A stretch of 64,000 nt of DNA, taken from positions 32,001 to 96,000 of the forward strand of contig CAVSDR010000002.1 in the NCBI GenBank assembly GCA_963726745.1, in the 5' to 3' direction. The translations under genes and the position numbers were made by a program. Positions 53,229-64,000 of the stretch are shown here, in pieces. The stretch is from an uncultured Verrucomicrobiae bacterium (GTDB taxonomy: Bacteria; Verrucomicrobiota; Verrucomicrobiia; Chthoniobacterales; UBA10450). The notes below the pieces were generated by a model, which ran no database searches, was not told where the DNA came from, and was given only the letters and a program-made list of their open reading frames with translations. Position 1 is the first letter of the stretch. Each line of letters starts with the position of its first letter.

Positions 53229-53578
53229 TGCAGGCGGATAATTTCCGCGAGTATTGCCTGGCGAAACCAGGCGCGACCGAGGAGATGCCGTTCGGGCCGG
53301 ATAACATCGTTTTCAAGGTAGGCGGCAAGATGTTCGCGCTCCTGCCATTGGATGAGATTCCGCCCTCGGTAAACTTGAAGTGCGATCCCGATCGGGCGCT
53401 TGAATTACGCGACCGCTTCGAGGAGGTGCAGCCGGGTTATCACATGAACAAGCGGCACTGGAATACCGTGCAAATTTCTGGAGCGATCCCGGAAAGCGAG
53501 CTGCGGGCGATGATCGACCACTCCTACGAGTTGGTCGTGGCCAGCTTGCCGAAGGCGGCGCGTGAGCGGCTCGGCTAG
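53228..53578 (+). CDS. MmcQ/YjbR family protein
   Basis: PFG..VFKVGGKMFA, NLKCDP, PGYHMNKRHWNTV. Confidence 0.92.
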   Translation: MQADNFREYCLAKPGATEEMPFGPDNIVFKVGGKMFALLPLDEIPPSVNLKCDPDRALELRDRFEEVQPGYHMNKRHWNTVQISGAIPESELRAMIDHSYELVVASLPKAARERLG

Positions 53579-54387
53579 CTGACTTTGCGCAGCTGCACTT
53601 CGCCGATCTCGAGCGCAAGCGCGGCGTGCGCGATCTCGAGAAAAGCGTCCGGCGGATCCGTGAGCGCAACCTGCAATTTGCCCTCGCCCGCGGGCGCCTC
53701 CAGGCCTTCGCGGCCTAACAAGTCGTGCACGGCGCGGGCGCAATTCTCGGCGGAGTCGACCAGCGTGATCGCGCTGCCTAAAAGCCGTCCGATCGCGGGA
53801 CGGAGCAGGGGATAATGGGTGCAGCCGAGGACAAGCGTGTCGATCCCGTCGTCCAGTAGCGGCTGCAAGTATTGCCGGAGAATTTCGTCGGTCACTGCGC
53901 GGTCGAGCCAACCTTCCTCGATCAAGGGCACAAGCAGCGGGCAGGCCCGCGCGGTCACCCGCACGCCAGGGTTAAGCGCGCGAAGCGCACGTTCGTAGGC
54001 GCCACTTTTGATCGTGGCGCGCGTGCCGATGACGCCAATGTGCTGGTTGCGCGTAGCCGCGATCGCGGCCTGCGCGCCGGGTGCGATCACGCCCACGACC
54101 GGCACCGGCAAAGTCGTCTCCAAAACTGCCAGCGCATTGGCGGAAGCGGTGTTGCAGGCGACCACGATCGCCTTGGCCTGCTCGCCCAAGAGCAGCGCGG
54201 CGATCTCCTGGCTGTAACGCTGGACCGTGCTCGGGCTTTTCCCGCCATACGGGACCCGGGCGGTGTCGCCTAAATAATAAATCGACTCGTTAGGCAAGGC
54301 CCGCCGCAGGGCGCTGACGACGGTGAGCCCGCCGATGCCGGAATCGAACACGCCGATCGGCCGGGCATCGTGCCTACGGTCCGGCAT
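53575..54387 (-). CDS. murI: Glutamate racemase
   Basis: IGVFDSGIGGLTV, PYG, ACNTAS, LGCTHYP. Confidence 0.96.
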   Translation of the reverse strand: MPDRRHDARPIGVFDSGIGGLTVVSALRRALPNESIYYLGDTARVPYGGKSPSTVQRYSQEIAALLLGEQAKAIVVACNTASANALAVLETTLPVPVVGVIAPGAQAAIAATRNQHIGVIGTRATIKSGAYERALRALNPGVRVTARACPLLVPLIEEGWLDRAVTDEILRQYLQPLLDDGIDTLVLGCTHYPLLRPAIGRLLGSAITLVDSAENCARAVHDLLGREGLEAPAGEGKLQVALTDPPDAFLEIAHAALALEIGEVQLRKVS

Positions 54388-55495
54388 TGATGGAGATGGA
54401 AGGGGTTTGCGCCGGGCGCTCCGCCGGCGGCTCGGGAGCGCGCAGCGGCTCGGCAATGGAACGGCGGTGAAGCGGCAAAGTCATGCGCACGGCGGCGAAG
54501 GTGGCATTGGAAGCGCGGTAGTTCACGGCCGCATTGTAACTTTGCACGCCCTGGGCAATGGCGGCGCCGAGCTGCTGACGATATTGCGCGGTCGCGATCC
54601 GCATTCCCTCGGTGGGATCGTTGAGAAACCCGGCCTCAAGGAGAATTGCGGGGAGGTGCAGATTGCGCAGGACCTTGAAGCGCGCGTGCCGGACGCCGCG
54701 ATCATAGGCGGCCACTTTCGAGAGCACACTGGCATGGACCGCGGCCGCGAGGGCGATGTTCTGGCTGTCCTGGAGGTTGCCGGCATCAGGCTCATTCTCG
54801 TTTGCGGCCGCGTGGTGCTCGCCGCCGGTGGCCGCATTCGAGGGCACGCCCTCGGGCGCAAGCGCGTAACTTTCCACGCCGGCCCCGCCGCTTCCGGAGT
54901 TGAAATGGATGCTCACATAGACAGCATTTTGGAAGCGGTTCGCGAACGCGATCCGATTCTCGAGCGAAACCAGGTTGTCCCCAGCGCGGGTCATCTCGAC
55001 CTTAAAGCCGGCGCGCTCGAGCTCCCGGCGCGCGTGCCAGGCCACATCGAGCGCGAAACTTTTCTCGCTGCCCCAGCGGCTCGAGGTGCCCTGGTCCATC
55101 CCGCCGTGGCCGGGGTCGAGGATCACCGTCTCGACCGGCTGCGCGTTCTCGATGCGGCTCGGCCGCAGAACTGGCTCGATAATTTTGCCGACATCCGTCG
55201 CGGAAATAAGCTGGCCTTCGCTCCGCTCGAGCAACGGGTAATGCGTGAAGAAGCGCACTCCGTTAATGAAGATGTCGCTGGTGCCGACTTGCGCGCGGAT
55301 GGTGCGATGCTCGCCGCGCAGGGAGATGGTGCGATTGCCGTGGCTGTAATCGGGGAAGCGATAGAACTCGGCCACGTTCTGGAAGCTGACGTAATCGCGA
55401 CCATTGTATTTCAGCACCTGCCACTCCGCGGCCCGGGCCGGCAGGGCCAGCGCGCCGGCGAAAACAAGCAGCAAGATGTGGAGCCCAGCCTTCAA
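54374..55495 (-). CDS. N-acetylmuramoyl-L-alanine amidase (Amidase_3)
   Basis: VILDPGHGG, EK, TR..D..L.R, SIHFN, F.VLR..PAILLEAGF; TTG start inferred. Confidence 0.9.
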   Translation of the reverse strand: MKAGLHILLLVFAGALALPARAAEWQVLKYNGRDYVSFQNVAEFYRFPDYSHGNRTISLRGEHRTIRAQVGTSDIFINGVRFFTHYPLLERSEGQLISATDVGKIIEPVLRPSRIENAQPVETVILDPGHGGMDQGTSSRWGSEKSFALDVAWHARRELERAGFKVEMTRAGDNLVSLENRIAFANRFQNAVYVSIHFNSGSGGAGVESYALAPEGVPSNAATGGEHHAAANENEPDAGNLQDSQNIALAAAVHASVLSKVAAYDRGVRHARFKVLRNLHLPAILLEAGFLNDPTEGMRIATAQYRQQLGAAIAQGVQSYNAAVNYRASNATFAAVRMTLPLHRRSIAEPLRAPEPPAERPAQTPSISINAGP

Positions 55496-55564
55496 GCGCG
55501 GGCACCCTACCAGCCTTCCCGGCAATTTGCATTCAAGGCCGTCGCTCTCGATGATTGCCTCCCT

Positions 55565-58174
55565 GTGGCCGAACTTTCCAAGACCTACGATCCCACCGCG
55601 GTGGAGCCAAAGTGGTATCAGCGCTGGCTGGACCGCGGCGATTACCGCGCGGACGCGCATTCGCCGAAGCCGGCGTTCTCGATCGTCATCCCGCCGCCGA
55701 ACATCACCGGCATGCTCACTCTGGGCCACGTGCTCAACAACACCATCCAGGACATCCTCGCGCGGCGGGCGCGCATGACCGGGCACGAAGTGCTCTGGCT
55801 TCCGGGAATGGATCACGCAGGCGTGGCCACGCAGACCGCGGTGGAGAAGCACCTTTGGAAGACCGAGAAGAAAGCGCGCCGGGAGATCGGGCGGGAGGAA
55901 TTTCTCCGCCGCGTAGTCGAGTGGCAGGATAAGCACGGCGGGATCATCATCGAGCAGCTGAAACGCCTGGGCGCTTCCTGCGATTGGTCCCGGCAGCGCT
56001 ACACGCTCGACCAGGATTACCTGCGCGCGGTCCAGCAGGTCTTCGTGGACCTTTACGCGAAAGGATTGATCTATCGCGGCCGGCGCATGATCAACTGGGA
56101 TCCGGCAGCCTTGACCGCGCTCTCCGACGAGGAAGTCATCCCGACAAAACAAAAGGGCAGCCTCTACTACGTGCGCTACGAGCTGGTCGATGAGCCCGGG
56201 CGTTTCCTCGAGGTCGCGACCACGCGGCCGGAGACGATCATGGCCGATGTCGCCCTGGCGGTGCATCCGCAGGATCCACGTTACCAGGACTTGTTAGGCA
56301 AAATGGTCTGGCGCCCGCTGGATCGCGCGCAGATCCCGGTGATCGGCGACGAGGTGATCGACCGCGAGTTTGGCACCGGCGTGCTCAAGGTCACCCCGGC
56401 GCACGACAAAGTGGACTTCGAAATCGGCCAGCGGCACCAGCTTCCGATCATCGAGGCGCTGCACCCCGACGGCCGGATCCATGCCCCCGGCGTGCCGGAG
56501 CTGGACGGGGTCGAGCGCTTCGCCGCGCGGAAATTAGCCGGCGAGATGCTGGCCGCGCAGGGCTCGTTAGGCCGGGAGGAGCCGTATGAAAATACCGTCG
56601 GCTTTAGCGAGCGCGCGGGCGTGCCGATCGAGCCGCGCTTGAGCGAGCAATGGTTCCTGCGTTATCCGAAAACCGAGGAAGCGCTCGCGGTGGTGCGCGA
56701 ACACCTGGTGCGTTTTTTCCCGGCGCACTGGGAGAAGGTCTACGCGCAATGGCTGGAGAAGATCCAGGATTGGTGCATCAGCCGGCAGGTTTGGTGGGGC
56801 CATCGCATCCCGGCTTGGTATGGCGACAACGGCGAGATCCGCGTGCAGCTCGAATCGCCCGGAAGCGGTTGGCGGCAGGATGAGGATACGCTCGACACCT
56901 GGTTTTCCTCCTGGCTCTGGGCCTACGAGACGATGGACCCGGAGACGCGGGCGAAATTTTACCCGACCTCGGTGCTGGTGACCGCGCCCGACATCATCTT
57001 CTTCTGGGTCGCGCGCATGATCATCGCCGGGCTCGAGTTCCAGCCGGGGAAAGATGCCAGCGTCGAGGCCAACATCCCGTTTCGCGACGTCTTCTTCACC
57101 GGACTGATCCGCGACCCGAAGGGCCGGAAAATGTCGAAGTCGCTGGGTAATTCACCCGATCCGCTGGAGCTGATGGCGCGCTTCGGCGCGGATGGTTTGC
57201 GCTTCGGGCTGATGCGGATCGCGCCCAGCGGGCAAGACATTCGCTTCGACGAAAAGCAGATCGAGGAAGGCCGGAATTTTGCCACCAAGCTCTGGAACGC
57301 GGCGCGTTTCCGCCAGATGCACGGGCCGAGCGAAGCCGCGCCGGACCTCGGTGCGCATCGGCTTTCGATCTACGCCACGGAGGTGCTGGCGCGGTTGAAT
57401 GAAACCATCGCAACGGTCGCGGCGGCTTACGAAGGCTATCGCTTCAACGAAGTGGCGCAGGCGCTCTACGATTTCTTTTGGAACGACTACTGCGACTGGT
57501 TCGTGGAAGCGTCGAAGACGGAAATCTTCAGCGAAGATCCGGCGCGGAAAGCCTCGACGCTCGCGGTGATGGATCACGTCCTCTCCGCGGTCTTGCGGCT
57601 CCTGCATCCGCTCATGCCGCACATCACCGAAGAGCTTTGGTCGGTGCTCGCGCTCGGCGGGGAGACGATCCAGTTCCAGGCGCCTCCGAGGGCGCTGGAG
57701 AATTTAGACAGCAACTTCCGCGGTCGCGTGGCCGCGGTTTACGACACCGTGCGCGCGGGGCGTAACCTGCGCGCCGAGACGGGCGTGGCCTCGAACAAGA
57801 AAGCGCAGTTTGTCCTGCGCACTTCGGTCGACTGGCTCGCGGCGGAATTGCCGACGCTTTCACGCCTCTTGAACGCCGAGGAGATCGTGTGCGACGCCCA
57901 TTTCCAGGCGGAAAGCGGGATGCCGCTGGCGCCGACGCCGCTGGGTCAATTGCACCTGCGGATCGCCGCGAGCGACAAGGCCGCGGAGCGCGAACGCCTC
58001 GAGAAAGAGATCGCGAAAATCCAGGAGGAACTGCGCACGGTGAACATGAAGCTGGCGAATTCCTCCTTCATCGACCGCGCGCCCGCGGCGGTGGTCGAGG
58101 AGCATCACCGCCGAAAGAAAGACTTCGCGGAAAAGCTGGCCACGCTCACGCAAGCGCGCGCGGCCATGGAGTGA
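55565..58174 (+). CDS. valS: Valine--tRNA ligase
   Basis: PPPNITG.LTLGH, DHAGVATQ, DWCISRQ..WGHRIP, KMSKS; GTG start at 55565. Confidence 0.96.
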   Translation: MAELSKTYDPTAVEPKWYQRWLDRGDYRADAHSPKPAFSIVIPPPNITGMLTLGHVLNNTIQDILARRARMTGHEVLWLPGMDHAGVATQTAVEKHLWKTEKKARREIGREEFLRRVVEWQDKHGGIIIEQLKRLGASCDWSRQRYTLDQDYLRAVQQVFVDLYAKGLIYRGRRMINWDPAALTALSDEEVIPTKQKGSLYYVRYELVDEPGRFLEVATTRPETIMADVALAVHPQDPRYQDLLGKMVWRPLDRAQIPVIGDEVIDREFGTGVLKVTPAHDKVDFEIGQRHQLPIIEALHPDGRIHAPGVPELDGVERFAARKLAGEMLAAQGSLGREEPYENTVGFSERAGVPIEPRLSEQWFLRYPKTEEALAVVREHLVRFFPAHWEKVYAQWLEKIQDWCISRQVWWGHRIPAWYGDNGEIRVQLESPGSGWRQDEDTLDTWFSSWLWAYETMDPETRAKFYPTSVLVTAPDIIFFWVARMIIAGLEFQPGKDASVEANIPFRDVFFTGLIRDPKGRKMSKSLGNSPDPLELMARFGADGLRFGLMRIAPSGQDIRFDEKQIEEGRNFATKLWNAARFRQMHGPSEAAPDLGAHRLSIYATEVLARLNETIATVAAAYEGYRFNEVAQALYDFFWNDYCDWFVEASKTEIFSEDPARKASTLAVMDHVLSAVLRLLHPLMPHITEELWSVLALGGETIQFQAPPRALENLDSNFRGRVAAVYDTVRAGRNLRAETGVASNKKAQFVLRTSVDWLAAELPTLSRLLNAEEIVCDAHFQAESGMPLAPTPLGQLHLRIAASDKAAERERLEKEIAKIQEELRTVNMKLANSSFIDRAPAAVVEEHHRRKKDFAEKLATLTQARAAME

Positions 58175-58868
58175 AGACCACGCGGTGGTGATCGATGGTC
58201 GCGCCGCGCTCGAGGAAAAACGCCCGCAGCTCCGGGGTGAAATAACCGTAGCCCTCCGGGTTTAATTCCAGCCAAAGCTTGCCGCCTGTTTTCATGCGGC
58301 TGGCGACGTCGTCGAGGAAGAACGACCACTCCTCCGGCCCCCAGACATCGGGGCGATGGTGGTTGTTGAAACAGATCATGTAGGCCGTGACCACGTCGAA
58401 GCGCGCGCCGAGATCGGGCAGGGGAGTGAATGGCGCGATCCGCCAGACTTTGCGCGGGACGCCGAGCGCGCGCGAGAGGTCGGTGAACATGGGCAGCTCA
58501 TCGATGTCGAGTCCGAGGACGTCGTGCCCGAGCCACCGGCAGATCCAGAGAAAATAGCCGACGCCCATGCCGAGATCGAGCACGCGGCGGCGCGGCCCGA
58601 AGTCGAGCTCGAGCTCGCGCACGCGGCGAAGATTGACCTTCAGCCAATGCGCGAGATCGACGTATTTGCGCGAGGTTTTGCCGGGATTCGCCTCGCGATA
58701 GCGGGCGGCGAGCGCGGGAAATTCCGTCTGCTCGATCTCCCGCTGCAGGAGCTCCGGCGTAAGCCGCGCGACGAAGCGGCGCGGGCGAAAGGTGCGCGCG
58801 GTGCGCCGGCGCGCGCTGGTGAAGGCGCGAGGCGTGGCGGCTTTCAAGAGCTTGTCGAGCAGGCGCAA
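58146..58868 (-). CDS. Class I SAM-dependent methyltransferase
   Basis: VLDLGMGVG, GLDID, FDVVTA. Confidence 0.8.
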   Translation of the reverse strand: MRLLDKLLKAATPRAFTSARRRTARTFRPRRFVARLTPELLQREIEQTEFPALAARYREANPGKTSRKYVDLAHWLKVNLRRVRELELDFGPRRRVLDLGMGVGYFLWICRWLGHDVLGLDIDELPMFTDLSRALGVPRKVWRIAPFTPLPDLGARFDVVTAYMICFNNHHRPDVWGPEEWSFFLDDVASRMKTGGKLWLELNPEGYGYFTPELRAFFLERGATIDHHRVVFTPWPRALA

Positions 58869-58957
58869 GCCGTATCGCTACGAGGCGCCCTCCGGCGCGT
58901 CAACCAAGAGCGCTCTGGTCGGGCGCGGGTGCTTTGTGTAATTTCCCGCGCGTCGCC

Positions 58958-60976
<2,019 letters not shown>

Positions 60977-60991
60977 TCGGGCGGCGAGGGA

Positions 60992-61444
60992 CTAGCGACG
61001 GTGGAGCGGCACGGCGATTTCTTCATCGCGGCGGCCGAGCACGACCTGGCCATCCTCGATCGCCTTGACCGTCATCTGGAAGGTCTGGTTGCCGAGTTGC
61101 AAGCCGAAGACCTGGCCTTCGCTCATGACTTTGCCGTTGATAATCGCGTAGCGGCCGGAAGCGTCGACGGTGATGGAGCTGACGACAAAAGCCTCGGGCG
61201 AGATATCGGGGCCACTATGGTCGTTTGGGTTGGCCGCGGCGTTTGCTTTGGCGGCCGGCTTCCAGCCGATCGGCCAGAAGGGATTGCGGCCGCTTTCACC
61301 GAGCTCGAAGGAGGAGCGGTGCTTCAGCTCGAGCGGCGGCGTCTCGGATTTGCCGGCCTCTTCGGCGGCGGGAGTCTCGGAGGCAGCGCCGGCGCAGGCG
61401 AGGCCGAGGCAAAGGGTGAGGAGGCTGAGGGAGAAAACTTTCAT
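60992..61444 (-). CDS. Exported PilP/GspB-like protein
   Basis: Signal peptide, RNPFWP, AIING..EG; last gene of the pil-like operon. Confidence 0.6.
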   Translation of the reverse strand: MKVFSLSLLTLCLGLACAGAASETPAAEEAGKSETPPLELKHRSSFELGESGRNPFWPIGWKPAAKANAAANPNDHSGPDISPEAFVVSSITVDASGRYAIINGKVMSEGQVFGLQLGNQTFQMTVKAIEDGQVVLGRRDEEIAVPLHRR

Positions 61445-62010
61445 CGCTTCAAGATGGCGGTGTTGGCCATGAGGGTGACCTGCTGGAACTCGGGGTTTTC
61501 GTTGACCGGACGGATGGTGACGTGGCTGACGTAGAGCAGGGGCTCGGAATTTTCCAGCTCGGCAATGGCTTTGCCTAACGAGGCGTAGTCCACCTGCGGA
61601 AGTTCGACCGTCCAGGAGTAGCGATTCCAATTGGCCAGCTCGGCCTCGGGGTAAGACGAAGTGTTGGCGAGGCGGGCCGAGGCTTTGTCGATCTCCTTTT
61701 GGGCGAAGAACGCTTTCAGGTGCGGCGGGAACCAGGCAATGGGCGCGCCTTCGGGAGAAAGTTTCTCGAAGAGGGCGTAGCGGGTGGTCGCGGCGCTGGC
61801 TTCGGTCTCGAGCCGGGTGGCCTTGGAGATATTCGTCTTCGAGGAAGCGAGCTTGCCCTGGAGATCTTCGATCGATTTTTCGACCGTGGCCCGGGTCTTG
61901 GCGAGCGGGGCGAGGAAGAAATTCAGGTAAACGTAGATCAGGACGATGAAGCCCATCCCGCTAAGGACGATTTTCTGGAGCTGGTCTTTGCTGAGCTTTG
62001 ATTTGGTCAT
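61441..62010 (-). CDS. PilO/GspM-like inner-membrane protein
   Basis: N-terminal TM, coiled coil, Y..LG..IAELEN pattern; operon position. Confidence 0.65.
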   Translation of the reverse strand: MTKSKLSKDQLQKIVLSGMGFIVLIYVYLNFFLAPLAKTRATVEKSIEDLQGKLASSKTNISKATRLETEASAATTRYALFEKLSPEGAPIAWFPPHLKAFFAQKEIDKASARLANTSSYPEAELANWNRYSWTVELPQVDYASLGKAIAELENSEPLLYVSHVTIRPVNENPEFQQVTLMANTAILKR

Positions 62011-62651
62011 CGCTTGGTGCGGGGGGCTGGAGTGGGAGTAGGGGCGGCGCCAGCCTGGCTGAAGGTGGCGGTGAGGGTGAAGTGGGCCATGGCCATGTTC
62101 GCGCCCGAGACTTTGACGATCGTGTCGAGGTCCTCGAGGACGCGGAACTCGACTTTCACCGCGGTGTAATCCTGGGCGAATTGCTCGTTCAAGAGTTGGC
62201 GCAATTCCTCGGCCGCAGCGCGCGGCTCGCGCCCGGCAGCGGTGCCTTCGACCGTGAGGGTGACGGTGTGATTGTCGTCACTGACGACGCCGTCGATCGC
62301 GGTGAGCTGGACATTCGGGGCGACGCAACGCGAAACGCGCTGGAGGATGGGGCCCCAGTAGAAGCGGCCCTCGATGATCTGGTCGAGCACCTTGGTGGTG
62401 CCGATGATGCTGGTTAATTCCGTGGAGCGCTTCTGCGCGGCGGTCACTTTTGGTTCCACCTGGCTCCACTGCCGCTGGACGTCGGCCAGGCGGTGCTTGA
62501 CCTCGAGCGTCTGGTAGCCGCGGATCATGTAAAAGCCAACCATGACCACGCCGATGGCGACCGCGGCATACATGCTGAGCTTGAGCGGGTCGCGTTGCCG
62601 CTGCCGCTTTTCGGCGATCTGCTCGTGAAGGAGATTGAGTTGGAGGGGCAT
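62007..62651 (-). CDS. PilN-like protein
   Basis: LNLL motif, TM, coiled coil, W..IL..VS..P..V.LT. Confidence 0.7.
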   Translation of the reverse strand: MPLQLNLLHEQIAEKRQRQRDPLKLSMYAAVAIGVVMVGFYMIRGYQTLEVKHRLADVQRQWSQVEPKVTAAQKRSTELTSIIGTTKVLDQIIEGRFYWGPILQRVSRCVAPNVQLTAIDGVVSDDNHTVTLTVEGTAAGREPRAAAEELRQLLNEQFAQDYTAVKVEFRVLEDLDTIVKVSGANMAMAHFTLTATFSQAGAAPTPTPAPRTKR

Positions 62652-62660
62652 GACGGAGAT

Positions 62661-63743
62661 TTAGTTCCGGAGGTATTCGAGGGCCGCGCCGCAGGCGACG
62701 TTGAGGGAGACGAATTCACTCGGAAGCGCCTGGCGCTTGGCCGCGGGCAGGGCGACTTCGCAAGTCTCGAGCGGGTCCCAGATTTCGCAGGGCAAGCCGA
62801 GTTCGTCGCTCATGCTTTGCAGGACCAGCTCAGTGCGGGCGAGGCCGCCGGAAACAAAGATGCGGTGAATGCTTTCCTCGCTCTGGCCTTCGAAGAAGCC
62901 GATCGAGTTGCGCACTTCGGTAGCGAGGCGGGCGAGGGAAGCGCGGCAGAGCCCGGCCAGGCCGGCATCGCCCTGTTCCAGGAGGACGTTGGCCGCGGCG
63001 GCATCCATCGCGCCATCGGCGGTGAGCATTTCCATGAGCGCTTTGCCGCCGTAATCAATGCTGCGCACGAGCACGAGCTCGCCCTTGTTGCCGATGAGGA
63101 CGGAGCTTTGCAGGTGGCCGAGGTCGAGCAGGAGGAAAGCGTCGTTCGTGAAGATCTGCGGGTAGGCGAACTCGAAAGCATTGAAGGAGCAGATCGGCGC
63201 GAGTTGGAGAACCTCCGCGGAGATGCGGCTCTTGGTGACCGCTTCGGTGATTTGCTTCACGCTCGGGCGGAGCATGCCGGCAACGAGATACTTCGTGGCT
63301 GTGAGCGTGGCGTATTGCACTGCGGTATTGCCCTCGCCGGCGCTGTCGCCGGAGACCGCGGGCGCGGTGGTCGAGGCGGCGGCGGAGAGCGGGGCGCAAT
63401 CGAGCACGAAGTTTTTGCAGTCCTGGTTCAGCATGGTCATGCCATTGAGCTGCAGGGCGCTGCGGAGAAGCTCCACGGGCGTCTCCGGCTGCTCGATGAT
63501 GCGGAGGAGCGCATCCGGGTCGGAAACGGCGAGCGCACAGGCTTTGCCGGAGCCGCCGAGTTCTTTAACCAGCGACTTCAACTCCTGCGCGAGGGCATCG
63601 GGATTGCTCAAGTCCTCGGGCACAGGGCGCGAGGCGTAGTTGGTGAGGACGAAACGTGCGTCGCCCTTTCGCTGCAAGAGGACGCCCTTGAAGGCGTGCT
63701 TGCCAAGGTCGATGCCGATAACGGAAGTGCCGCGCTTTGCCAT
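62661..63743 (-). CDS. pilM: PilM-like actin-fold pilus assembly protein
   Basis: IGIDLG, LLDLG, IDYGG, IFVSGG, ACGAAL. Confidence 0.8.
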   Translation of the reverse strand: MAKRGTSVIGIDLGKHAFKGVLLQRKGDARFVLTNYASRPVPEDLSNPDALAQELKSLVKELGGSGKACALAVSDPDALLRIIEQPETPVELLRSALQLNGMTMLNQDCKNFVLDCAPLSAAASTTAPAVSGDSAGEGNTAVQYATLTATKYLVAGMLRPSVKQITEAVTKSRISAEVLQLAPICSFNAFEFAYPQIFTNDAFLLLDLGHLQSSVLIGNKGELVLVRSIDYGGKALMEMLTADGAMDAAAANVLLEQGDAGLAGLCRASLARLATEVRNSIGFFEGQSEESIHRIFVSGGLARTELVLQSMSDELGLPCEIWDPLETCEVALPAAKRQALPSEFVSLNVACGAALEYLRN

Positions 63744-63820
63744 GGTGGTGCCTTCCCTAAAGCGGGAAGCGTGCCGCCCACCGCGGTCGCCCGGAAAAAG
63801 CTCCCGCTGCCCGGGGAAAC

Positions 63821-64000
63821 CTAACCCTCCGCGCTCCGCCGATAGCCGAAGAACTCCCGCGCCTTGATGATCTCCGCGACCTCCCGCGGGACCATGTGTT
63901 CCCAGCCACCGTCGCCCTTCTGGATGCGCGCCAGGACTTCCGGCGGGTGAATCCGCAGATACTCCGGATTGAACTCCGAGACCTCCTGGATGAACTCGTT
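63821..64000 (-). CDS. C-terminus of a nucleotidyltransferase-like protein (partial)
   Basis: Own translation NEFIQEVSEFNPEYLRIHPPEVLARIQKGDGGWEHMVPREVAEIIKAREFFGY..*. Confidence 0.6.
   Translation of the reverse strand, partial: NEFIQEVSEFNPEYLRIHPPEVLARIQKGDGGWEHMVPREVAEIIKAREFFGYRRSAEG

Noticed and set aside
54323..55564. Apparent 414-aa N-terminal extension of ValRS
   Set aside because: It is the antisense of the amidase gene; ValRS homology starts at GTG 55565.

Overview
High-GC (~65%) bacterial chromosome segment, most consistent with Verrucomicrobiota (Chthoniobacterales-like). This placement is inferred from a homodimeric GlyRS, an ECF-sigma/Ser-Thr-kinase pair, an adenylate-cyclase-like/TolB/TPR protein, a PEP-CTERM protein and a PilM-like operon. 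The core genes are ptrB, a tgt-methyltransferase fusion, asd, hutHUGI, tig-clpP-clpX-cinA, an FKBP PPIase, rsfS-nadD, nagZ, ychF, a P1B-4 ATPase, dcp, glyQS, murI, an amidase, valS, cstA and pilMNO-like genes, plus tRNA-Pro(GGG) and tRNA-Val(CAC). The accessory patches are a decayed integron (intI fragment, attC-like repeats, PEP-CTERM gene) at ~26.7-28.5 kb, an SdpA/SdpB(HTTM)-like cluster at 39-41 kb and a run of small cassette-like genes at 44.5-47.9 kb. The most striking unexplained signal is a dispersed non-palindromic motif, consensus CGACTYGTTAGGC. I counted 39 copies of its core by eye, on both strands and mostly inside coding sequences in several reading frames, so it behaves like a DNA uptake sequence or other genome-wide protein-recognition signal. 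At least eight single-base +1 frameshifts in conserved genes are most likely sequencing-consensus errors.
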